From positions 351,957-383,956 of the forward strand of contig NZ_CP011097.1 in the NCBI RefSeq assembly GCF_000955905.1: a DNA stretch of 32,000 nucleotides. Reading direction: 5' to 3'. This DNA is from Candidatus Nitrosotenuis cloacae. GTDB lineage: Archaea; Thermoproteota; Nitrososphaeria; Nitrososphaerales; Nitrosopumilaceae. The position numbers and the translations under genes are program-made. The notes under the pieces are model-generated. The model had not been told where the DNA came from. It made no database searches and saw only the letters and a list, made by a program, of their open reading frames with translations. This document shows, in pieces, positions 1-6,337 of the stretch (positions are counted from its first letter, which is position 1; each line of letters opens with the position of its first letter).

Positions 1-687
1 ACAATTGCACTAAACATAGACTGGACACTTGCATTGGGAGTAATTGCTGTGATGACCATGACTGTAGGAAACATTGCAGCTATCATGCAAAAGAACATCT
101 CCAGAATGCTTGCCTATTCCAGTATAGGCCATGCAGGCTACATCCTAATTGGCTTGGCAGTTGCTCCATTTACCTCGCTTGGAATCCAGGGCTCATTGTT
201 CCATGTCTTGAATCACTCTGTGATGAAGGGTGCGGCATTCATTGCAATAGCTGGAATTGTAACTACAATTGGAATTACCAACATTGAGAAGCTAAAGGGC
301 CTTGGCAGAAAGATGCCAATCACATCACTGGGATTGGTAATATCATTACTTGCACTGGCAGGTGTTCCACCGACTGCAGGATTTTGGAGTAAATTGTTAT
401 TGTTTGGCTCTGCGCTAGAACCAGGACTACCGGCATGGGCTGGATGGCTTGCAATAGCAGGCGTTCTCAACTCTGCACTATCTCTGGCATACTATGGTTG
501 GATCATCAGAAAAATGTACTTTGAGGGAGAGACAGAAAAGAGAATCAAAGAGCCAAAGGCAATCATTGGCGTGATGATATTTTCGATAATCTTCCTAGTT
601 GGAATTGGTGTCTATCCAGATCCAGTAATAGAATTTGCAAAGAACGCAGTTCCAGTACTTGGAACTACGTTTACACCTTCAACGTAG
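1..687 (+). CDS. nuoN: NADH-quinone oxidoreductase (complex I) subunit N, C-terminal part; gene starts upstream of the window
   Basis: Frame 1 is open from nt 1 to the TAG at 685-687. The product is polytopic and hydrophobic, with NuoN/ND2-like stretches (HVLNHSVMKGAAF, LAGVPPTAGFWSKLLLF). Confidence 0.8.
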   Translation, partial: TIALNIDWTLALGVIAVMTMTVGNIAAIMQKNISRMLAYSSIGHAGYILIGLAVAPFTSLGIQGSLFHVLNHSVMKGAAFIAIAGIVTTIGITNIEKLKGLGRKMPITSLGLVISLLALAGVPPTAGFWSKLLLFGSALEPGLPAWAGWLAIAGVLNSALSLAYYGWIIRKMYFEGETEKRIKEPKAIIGVMIFSIIFLVGIGVYPDPVIEFAKNAVPVLGTTFTPST

Positions 688-1522
688 TCAGTCTTAGTAA
701 ATATTCTAAATGTGATTTTGCATCATTGTCTGGTATTATTCTGAGGCTTGATGCGGCTTTACCTGCATAGTCTTTTAGCATTTTTTCCATGTGATTAAAA
801 ATATCACGCGGGTCAAGACTTCGCTTTACCAGCAAGTTAAACAGCTTGTCCTCATTTTTCCAATCAATCAGGTCATCTCGTATTTGATATGCAATGCCAA
901 TGTTTCTGCCATATTCTGATAGTGCAACGATCTGGTCCTCGGTTCCATTTGCAATGATTGCACCAAGCCTTGCAGAGACCTCAAATGCGGTTGCGGTCTT
1001 GTATTCGATTACCTTCAGATAATCATCAAATGTAAGATCTTGGCTGGTCTCTAGCCTTGTCTCTAGCACCTCGCCCTCACTCATTAGCATGGCAGTGTTT
1101 GCCAGATCACGCGTAATTCTTGGGTTGTTTAGTCTGGATGATATGTTTAGGATTAATCCCAAAACAAAGTCGCCAGTCAAAATGCTGGTATTGTATCCGT
1201 ATTTGATGTGGAACGGATCCTTGTGGCGCCTTGAGGTCTCATTGTCTATAATATCATCATGGATTACAGATTCTGTGTGCAAAAATTCTACTGCACAACC
1301 TGCAGTATATGCGCGCTCATCTACCTTACCTATGGACTCTGATGCCAAAAGCAAAATTAATGGTCTGATTCTTTTTCCGCCCTCTATTGCATACATTAGG
1401 GGCTGCATGAATTCTGATTTTGAGTATAGTGATAATTCGGATTCTAGTGCGCTGTCTATTTTTTGGATATACTCTTTGTATGTGTCAAGTAAAGGATTGA
1501 TTTTCAGATTTTTTCGATCCAA
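671..1522 (-). CDS. idsA: Geranylgeranyl diphosphate (polyprenyl) synthase
   Basis: GGKRIRP motif, first Asp-rich motif HDDIIDNETSRR and second Asp-rich motif IRDDLID. The track ORF (to 1882) runs through a tRNA gene. I place the start at TTG 1522 (LDRKNLKINPLLDTY...). A TATA-like ATTAATAC (1553-1560, minus) lies about 30 nt upstream. Confidence 0.8.
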   Translation of the reverse strand: MDRKNLKINPLLDTYKEYIQKIDSALESELSLYSKSEFMQPLMYAIEGGKRIRPLILLLASESIGKVDERAYTAGCAVEFLHTESVIHDDIIDNETSRRHKDPFHIKYGYNTSILTGDFVLGLILNISSRLNNPRITRDLANTAMLMSEGEVLETRLETSQDLTFDDYLKVIEYKTATAFEVSARLGAIIANGTEDQIVALSEYGRNIGIAYQIRDDLIDWKNEDKLFNLLVKRSLDPRDIFNHMEKMLKDYAGKAASSLRIIPDNDAKSHLEYLLRLTTLKV

Positions 1523-1570
1523 AAAACTACACTGGCGATTCTCTTCGCTTACAGTATTAATAGTTGTAGG

Positions 1571-1646
1571 TGCTCCCGCCGGGATTTGGACCCGGGATCT
1601 CCGCCTTGAAAGGGCGACATGCTTGACCGGACTACACCACAGGAGC
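1571..1646 (-). tRNA. tRNA-Glu (anticodon UUC)
   Basis: The reverse complement reads GCTCCTG-TG-GTGT-AGTCCGGTCAA-GCAT-G-TCGCC-CTTTCAA-GGCGG-AGATC-CCGGG-TCCAAAT-CCCGG-CGGGAGC-A. This gives a full cloverleaf with the UUC anticodon in a 7-nt loop, and the D-arm is typical of archaeal tRNA-Glu. CCA is not encoded. Confidence 0.88.
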
Positions 1647-1725
1647 CTGTTTGCATCGCCGTATCTAGAGCTTAAAATCTTTTGGACATGAAAGATTTTT
1701 TTATTGGCACAAATTGATACTTGAT

Positions 1726-2367
1726 ATGAATTCTCTTGCAAAAAAAATTGATCAACTAATTGAGCAGAAAAGCTTGCTAAAGCATCCGTTTTATCAAATG
1801 TGGAGTGATGGCAAATTATCAAAAGAAATGCTTGCAGGCTATTCCAAAGAATACTTTCAAATGGTAAAAGCAGTTCCGTCATTTGTTGGTGAAATTGTAA
1901 AATTTACACCATCACACATGATTAGTGAAATCAAGGCAAATCAGCAAGAAGAAGCAGAACACATTGAGCCATGGGCTCACTTTGCTGTGTCATTGGGCAT
2001 TGAGAACATCACCTCATACTCTGGTCTGGACAAGACAAACTACGCAGTAACTGAATTATCTGGCTTGATGACATCGCTTGAGGCAGGAGCCGCAGCAATG
2101 TATGCATTTGAAAAAGAGATTCCAAAAATCTCCCACACAAAACTTGAAGGCCTAGAGAAATTCTATGGCATCACTACACCTGATGCAACGGAATATTTCA
2201 GATTGCACATGGAAGCAGACATTAGACATGCAGCAACATGGGAAAAAATCCTAGATAAAATTCCAGAAGAAAGACACGGCGAGTTTTTGGCAGTTGCTGA
2301 AAAATCACTAGATGCACAAAATCATCTTTTGGATAGCTGCTACGAAAGCTACTGCACATCTCTATAA
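1726..2367 (+). CDS. CADD/PqqC/TenA-like haem-oxygenase-fold (putative di-metal) protein
   Basis: KHPFYQMW...YSKEYF N-terminus and carboxylate/His pairs (QQEEAEH, AFEKE, HMEADIRH) typical of the CADD/PqqC family. ATG 1726 is preferred over the track's TTG 1714. Confidence 0.65.
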   Translation: MNSLAKKIDQLIEQKSLLKHPFYQMWSDGKLSKEMLAGYSKEYFQMVKAVPSFVGEIVKFTPSHMISEIKANQQEEAEHIEPWAHFAVSLGIENITSYSGLDKTNYAVTELSGLMTSLEAGAAAMYAFEKEIPKISHTKLEGLEKFYGITTPDATEYFRLHMEADIRHAATWEKILDKIPEERHGEFLAVAEKSLDAQNHLLDSCYESYCTSL

Positions 2368-2368
2368 C

Positions 2369-2377
2369 TTTTATACA
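2369..2377 (+). promoter_or_regulatory. TATA-like box (TTTTATACA) for the tRNA(CAU) gene
   Basis: Centred about 26 nt upstream of the mature tRNA 5' end at 2399, which is the canonical archaeal TATA-to-TSS spacing. Confidence 0.45.
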
Positions 2378-2398
2378 CAAAAGAAATCTGTTTTTTGA

Positions 2399-2472
2399 GG
2401 GCCCATAACTCAGCTTGGTAGAGTAACCGGCTCATAACCGGTGAGCCAAGGGATCGAAGCCCTTTGGGCCCA
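2399..2472 (+). tRNA. tRNA with CAU anticodon; probably tRNA-Ile2 (agmatidine type) rather than elongator Met, not an initiator
   Basis: GGGCCCA-TA-ACTC-AGCTTGGTA-GAGT-A-ACCGG-CTCATAA-CCGGT-GAGCC-AAGGG-ATCGAAG-CCCTT-TGGGCCC-A. The GGGCCC acceptor stem is typical of archaeal tRNA-Ile. It lacks the A1:U72 pair and the GGG/CCC anticodon stem of initiators. The Ile2 versus Met assignment cannot be settled by eye. Confidence 0.88.
2461..2472 (+). repeat. Direct repeat copy 1 (CCTTTGGGCCCA), the 3' end of tRNA(CAU); att-like
   Basis: Identical 12-mer in the same orientation at 5049-5060. Confidence 0.6.
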
Positions 2473-2601
2473 CTCTTACATATTCGATGGGCCCTGTTTT
2501 AGCACAACCTTTCCGTTTGGAAGAGTTCCGACGTATTGCCATCCTTCGGCAATTAGTTTTTCAGATTCATCTGCCGTGGCGACTCGCTGCTTGTATTGCC
2601 G

Positions 2602-2994
2602 TCATTCAGATTGCTGAACAACTCTAGCACCTTTGCGAGCTCCTCCGACTTCATCGTCACAATATTTACTTCTATGCCTCATCCTTCTGTCTTTCACAGT
2701 TTGGTCTTCTGTACTCTCTAACATATTCATGGCATCAAGCATGGCCAGTATGTCGGAAATGTTTTTGCCTAGTAATGACGCGCATTGCCTAATCACTTCC
2801 AATTTTTCGTTTTGAGTCTCATTTAGATTCCCAAATTTGCCCTCAGTAAGCATGTCTGCATATGTCCTGATTGGTACAAGCGGATTCCTTAATTTGTCTG
2901 CAAATGTGTCACGAATTTTGTCGGATAAGATTCTTTGCCGTGAGTCTTTTGTACCGTCATCAATATTGCTTGGCGTGTAGATCATTTTTGACAT
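2602..2994 (-). CDS. Stand-alone HisKA/DHp-like domain protein lacking the phospho-acceptor His (Asp instead) and lacking any ATPase domain
   Basis: SDKIRDTFADKLRNPLVPIRTYADMLTEGKFGNLNETQNEKLEVIRQCASLLGKNISDIL matches the H-box/DHp pattern (h-S-H-E-L-R-T-P-L...). The bona fide kinase in this window reads MVHDIKNPLTVIK at the same place. Its start overlaps the stop of the upstream protease gene (ATG 2994, or ATGA at 2985). Confidence 0.55.
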   Translation of the reverse strand: MSKMIYTPSNIDDGTKDSRQRILSDKIRDTFADKLRNPLVPIRTYADMLTEGKFGNLNETQNEKLEVIRQCASLLGKNISDILAMLDAMNMLESTEDQTVKDRRMRHRSKYCDDEVGGARKGARVVQQSE

Positions 2995-3809
2995 ATTATC
3001 TCACCCATTTGGTTTCCATCGTAAAGCCCAATAATTGCATCAATATCACATTCAGAAATGTAAGGAAGAATCATGTAGATTGTGGGCGCCATCAGATCCT
3101 CAGGAGCAGTAGAATGTCCAAGGCCTATAGTATGACCAAACTCATGCCTCACTATGGCGGCCAGCTGTTGATCCGACAGATTTGACGCGTCATAAATTAT
3201 GATAAATGATTTAAGAATTGCATTGCCTTCTGTCACTGATCTCGTGTATCCGGTGTAGCCCTCAATTCTTTCATTGGATAATGTTATGGTGATGTCTCCA
3301 CTGCGTCCATTATTGTCAACAAAATCGAATTGTGTTGGGATGACGTACTTTGTTTTCTGTTTGATGCTTCTTAGTGCTCCAGCCCATCCTTCATAATATG
3401 TTGATGTATTTCCCTCAAACCCCTTGTGTAATACAGAATCATCTATGGTCACAGTTTGTGTAGACAGAATGGCGTCTTTCACTACGGATATCTTATCTTG
3501 CGACAGATTTGCCTCATTTACAATATCGATGGTTACTGCTTCATTCTGAGCAAGGTGCCACGGATTCCAAGTGCCTATAGTATCTCCTCTGAGATATTGT
3601 GTCACATATTGTGAACTGTTTCCATGCAATACGAGATTTGTCAACAACATGAATTCATGAGAGCAATAACCTACACATGCAGACAATGTCACAATAGAAA
3701 TCAAAAACACGGCGTGATGTTTTTTATTTTGTTTTCTTTTGTATGTGCAATCAGAATATTCTACAAAGATGCCAGTATGATCATCTACCATCATGACCTT
3801 CATGTACAT
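2982..3809 (-). CDS. Membrane-anchored matrixin-like (M10 metzincin) zinc metalloprotease
   Basis: HEFGHTIGLGHS (HExxHxxGxxH), a Met-turn DLMAPT, and a matrixin-like C-terminal CDIDAIIGLYDG. There is one N-terminal TM helix (AVFLISIVTLSACVGY) after a short basic cytoplasmic tail. Confidence 0.8.
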   Translation of the reverse strand: MYMKVMMVDDHTGIFVEYSDCTYKRKQNKKHHAVFLISIVTLSACVGYCSHEFMLLTNLVLHGNSSQYVTQYLRGDTIGTWNPWHLAQNEAVTIDIVNEANLSQDKISVVKDAILSTQTVTIDDSVLHKGFEGNTSTYYEGWAGALRSIKQKTKYVIPTQFDFVDNNGRSGDITITLSNERIEGYTGYTRSVTEGNAILKSFIIIYDASNLSDQQLAAIVRHEFGHTIGLGHSTAPEDLMAPTIYMILPYISECDIDAIIGLYDGNQMGEIICQK

Positions 3810-3999
3810 TATTTGATCAATTTTCCATATAGGGCTCGTGCAGCTTGATGCTTGTTGTTATACGTTTTTTGACACTCGTCAAGATGAGTTCTCTTTATTA
3901 ATCAAAAAAAGCATATTTGTGATGTGAATCTGGAATTTTTTTTACATAATAGCAAGTGTTTTATGAATGAAGATACCTCACTTTGTGTTATATTTGGAT

Positions 4000-4293
4000 A
4001 TGAGTATACGAAGATCGAAAAGGGACAAGCGACACAAGTTAGAGATGTATTATGATATCTTACGATCAATTAGCAATGAAGCCAGTAATGATGAAGAAGT
4101 GAAGCCAACAAGAGTGCAGTTCCAAAGCAATATGGCTTACGATAAACTGACACAGTATCTTACAGAGTTGGAAAGTAAGCAGATGTTACAAAAAACTCCG
4201 TCATTGTCATTGACTCAAAGAGGACACGAGTTCTTGAAGAATTATGGGGTAGTCAAGGAACTTGTTCAAAAGCTTGGATTGGACAAAATATGA
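4000..4293 (+). CDS. Small winged-helix DNA-binding protein (HTH_45-like)
   Basis: RRSKRDKRHKLEMYYDILRSI...MAYDKLTQYLTELESKQMLQK...LTQRGHEFLKNY fits the archaeal wHTH pattern. ATG 4000 is preferred to the track start at 3967, but this is uncertain. The stop overlaps the next gene's start (ATGA). Confidence 0.6.
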   Translation: MSIRRSKRDKRHKLEMYYDILRSISNEASNDEEVKPTRVQFQSNMAYDKLTQYLTELESKQMLQKTPSLSLTQRGHEFLKNYGVVKELVQKLGLDKI

Positions 4294-4892
4294 ATGACGA
4301 TTACAAAATGCAATCACATGAATTTATTGATAATGAAAAATTTGGGAACCACGCCATAATGTTTTATGAAAAACCAGAGGATGGATTGGCCATCCAGTAC
4401 AGGTATCTGCATAGTGGTTTGATGAAAGGCCAGCACGTAGTGTATTTTACCAGTGAAACGCCAGAATTCATGAAAGATGAAATGGTGAGGTTCGGAATTG
4501 ATGTGGATCTGTTTCAAAAAAATGACACGCTACACATATTTCAAATCTCACACAAAGCAGATTCCGGTGTCAAAGACGCACTAGAAAAGCTTGACGAAGT
4601 CATGAAGATAGCGCAGCGATATACTAAAACCTATGTTAGGATGACGGGACGAATAGTCAAAGATATTAGCGCCAACAATGGACAGCGGGCAGAGCTGGCA
4701 GTTGAGCAAAAACTGCATGAGATCATGCAACATTTTAATGGTTCATTTCTTTGTAGTTACCACATTACCAAAACCAATGGTGATGATGAAATAGAATGGA
4801 TGTTCAACACCATACACGCTCATTCTCATGTGGTTTATGTTCCAGAATCCGGCAACGGTGCATGCTTTGATGCCACATTTATGATGAAATGA
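4290..4892 (+). CDS. MEDS-domain (DcmR-type sensory domain) protein
   Basis: NHAIMFYEKPEDGLAIQYRYLHSGLMKGQHVVYF... matches the MEDS N-terminal signature (H-h-h-x-F-Y ... G-E/Q-x-h-h-Y). It is translationally coupled to the wHTH gene. Confidence 0.55.
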   Translation: MNDDYKMQSHEFIDNEKFGNHAIMFYEKPEDGLAIQYRYLHSGLMKGQHVVYFTSETPEFMKDEMVRFGIDVDLFQKNDTLHIFQISHKADSGVKDALEKLDEVMKIAQRYTKTYVRMTGRIVKDISANNGQRAELAVEQKLHEIMQHFNGSFLCSYHITKTNGDDEIEWMFNTIHAHSHVVYVPESGNGACFDATFMMK

Positions 4893-5048
4893 GGAGCTTG
4901 TCCGATTTCATCATATTCATCTTGAACCCTTTACCTATGGATTCGGATGATTTCTTTTACTCTTCTGCAAAAAAGTATGAAGTGGTATTCTAAGCCCCAC
5001 GATGGCTTTCTGCCGTTGTAGGCTTCGATAGGCTGAGTATTGTGGAAT

Positions 5049-5060
5049 CCTTTGGGCCCA
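5049..5060 (+). repeat. Direct repeat copy 2 (CCTTTGGGCCCA); att-like
   Basis: Exact duplicate of tRNA nt 2461-2472. It lies immediately 3' of the USP stop codon (5061-5063). Confidence 0.6.
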
Positions 5061-5639
5061 TTATTTTACTAATACTACTGGACAATGAGCATTTAATGCA
5101 ACGCTGGTAGATACTCGGCCTAGCATCATTTCCTTTACCATTCCTTTTCCGTGTGTGCCCATTACGATATAGTCAACTTTTTTCAAACTTGCAAAAGAGA
5201 TCAATGATTCTGATATTGTGTTTGACTCTAAAATCATGCAGCTAATGTGAATTTGGAATTTTGCGGCATCGGCTTCTAACACCTTGAAGATTCTTCTGAA
5301 TTCGGCGTTTCTACTCTTTGCGATTATTTTTTGTCTGCTTGGGGTGTCATTTACCCATTCAGAGTCTTGGTTTTCATCTGTTATGGCAACAACAGTTATT
5401 GCGGCGCCATACTTTTTTGCCAAATCCAATGCGTGGCCAAATGCATGAACTGCGTGCTTTGAATTATCAAATGGCACCAAAATATGTCTGATTAAGGTAC
5501 TTGCAACATTACAATGATCCAAATCGCTGCACACTATCTGGGAATGATCCAACCATTTCCATAGGCACAACGCTCTAAAATGATCCAGTTTGTCCGTCTC
5601 GAAAAGTCTCGCAGTGGGATAATCAATAAAAGAAGTCAC
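5061..5639 (-). CDS. Universal stress protein (UspA family); start uncertain
   Basis: ILVPFDNSKHAVHAFGHALDLAK ... VDYIVMGTHGKGMVKEMMLGRVSTSVALNAHCPVVLVK (the USP ATP-binding G-x2-G-x9-G-S motif). The roughly 50-aa N-terminal extension from GTG 5639 has no USP counterpart. In-frame GTG 5534 is an alternative start. Confidence 0.75.
   Translation of the reverse strand: MTSFIDYPTARLFETDKLDHFRALCLWKWLDHSQIVCSDLDHCNVASTLIRHILVPFDNSKHAVHAFGHALDLAKKYGAAITVVAITDENQDSEWVNDTPSRQKIIAKSRNAEFRRIFKVLEADAAKFQIHISCMILESNTISESLISFASLKKVDYIVMGTHGKGMVKEMMLGRVSTSVALNAHCPVVLVK
5624..5631 (+). promoter_or_regulatory. TATA-like box (CAATAAAA) for the candidate C/D sRNA
   Basis: Centred about 26 nt upstream of the sRNA terminal stem at 5654. 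Confidence 0.35.
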
Positions 5640-5653
5640 ATCAAAGAATCATT

Positions 5654-5716
5654 GGCCGCAATGAAGAATCAGAGTTATATCTGAATCATGATGTGAAGGC
5701 ATTTGACTGAGCTGCC
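5654..5716 (+). ncRNA. Candidate box C/D sRNA (2'-O-methylation guide)
   Basis: GGCCGC-A-AUGAAGA(C)-13 nt-CUGA(D')-AUC-AUGAUGU(C')-12 nt-CUGA(D)-GCUGCC. The terminal stem pairs 5 of 6 positions. The RNA is 63 nt long, has the exact 12-nt C'-D spacer and is followed by T5 at 5721-5725. Confidence 0.55.
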
Positions 5717-5720
5717 AAAC

Positions 5721-5730
5721 TTTTTGTTTT
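5721..5730 (+). terminator. Oligo-T tract (TTTTTGTTTT) downstream of the C/D sRNA candidate
   Basis: Archaeal RNA polymerase terminates at oligo-T tracts. This one lies 5 nt after the sRNA terminal stem. Confidence 0.4.
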
Positions 5731-5740
5731 ATCGTTTCAC

Positions 5741-5748
5741 TATAAATA
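5741..5748 (+). promoter_or_regulatory. TATA box (TATAAATA) of TBP copy 1
   Basis: Centred about 27-29 nt upstream of ATG 5774, implying a leaderless or near-leaderless mRNA. The motif context CAC-TATA is shared with TBP copy 2. Confidence 0.5.
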
Positions 5749-5773
5749 CAAGCCATATATAAGAAACAAAAAG

Positions 5774-6337
5774 ATGCCGCAAACAAAACCAATCGTCAGT
5801 ATTGAAAATGTTGTTGCATCTGCAACAATAGATCAAAAAGTGGATCTAAACGAAATCACAAAGAAATTTCCAGACACAGAATGGAATCCTGATCAATTCC
5901 CCGGACTTGTGTTTAGAATCAAATCCCCAAAGACTGCAACTTTGATTTTCTCATCTGGCAAGATGGTTTGCACCGGAGGCAAATCCGAAGAGATGGCAGT
6001 AAAGGCAGTGCGAACAGTTGTACAGCAGCTAAGAAAAGGCGGAATCAAAATAAAAAATGAGGCAATTGTCACCGTTCAAAACATAGTGGCCTCGGGCAAT
6101 CTTTGCGGAAAAATCCACTTGGAGCAGGCAGCAAGGACCTTACCGCGAAGCATGTATGAGCCGGAGCAATTCCCAGGATTGATACACAGAATGCTTGATC
6201 CAAAGACCGTGATTCTGTTATTTGCATCAGGCAAGCTTGTCTGCACAGGTGCAAAAAAGGAAAGCGATGTGTATCGATCTGTTCATAATCTGCACAACAC
6301 ACTAGAAGAAAAAGACCTGATGATTTACGACAGCTGA
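5774..6337 (+). CDS. tbp: TATA-box binding protein, paralogue 1
   Basis: 187 aa with two TBP repeats (IENVVASATIDQKVDLNEI...FPGLVFRIKSPKTATLIFSSGKMVCTGGKSEE; VQNIVASGNL...FPGLIHRMLDPKTVILLFASGKLVCTGAKKE). Confidence 0.95.
   Translation: MPQTKPIVSIENVVASATIDQKVDLNEITKKFPDTEWNPDQFPGLVFRIKSPKTATLIFSSGKMVCTGGKSEEMAVKAVRTVVQQLRKGGIKIKNEAIVTVQNIVASGNLCGKIHLEQAARTLPRSMYEPEQFPGLIHRMLDPKTVILLFASGKLVCTGAKKESDVYRSVHNLHNTLEEKDLMIYDS
6128..6276 (+). repeat. High-identity tract shared with TBP copy 2 (inverted; partner 19355-19503)
   Basis: About 138 of 149 nt are identical to the reverse complement of 19355-19503, with perfect runs of 32 and 41 nt. Confidence 0.85.

Larger units (their letters stand above)
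2473..5060. mobile_element. Candidate integrated-element remnant / accessory islet bounded by a tRNA 3'-end direct repeat (no integrase present)
   Basis: The geometry is tRNA gene, then four accessory-type genes, then a 12-nt duplicate of the tRNA 3' end. No recombinase or replication gene is visible. Confidence 0.3.

Noticed and set aside
1089-1691. Antisense or shadow ORFs opposite strongly supported genes. Examples: 1089..1691, 213..470, 8296..8508, 13518..13928, 13995..14264, 14791..15087, 15734..16252, 17914..18336, 19377..19747, 20630..20968, 23113..24533, 25741..25938, 29610..29930.
   Set aside because: Each lies within a motif-supported gene on the other strand, has a low-complexity or Ser/Pro/Cys-rich composition, and has no recognisable domain. 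These are typical shadow ORFs.
1523-1882. N-terminal 120 codons of the track ORF 671..1882 (would give a 403-aa polyprenyl synthase)
   Set aside because: This extension runs straight through a well-folded tRNA-Glu gene on the same strand (1571-1646), and its sequence has no similarity to polyprenyl synthases. The start was moved to TTG 1522.
2487-2494. ATGGGCCC just downstream of the tRNA, resembling the acceptor 3' strand
   Set aside because: A 7-8 nt match is too short to interpret as an additional att core.
3869-3882. TTGAC-ACTC-GTCAA palindrome in the divergent promoter region of the islet
   Set aside because: The arms are only 5 bp. It is plausible as an operator for the wHTH protein but is statistically unremarkable, so it is mentioned only for follow-up if the module is studied.
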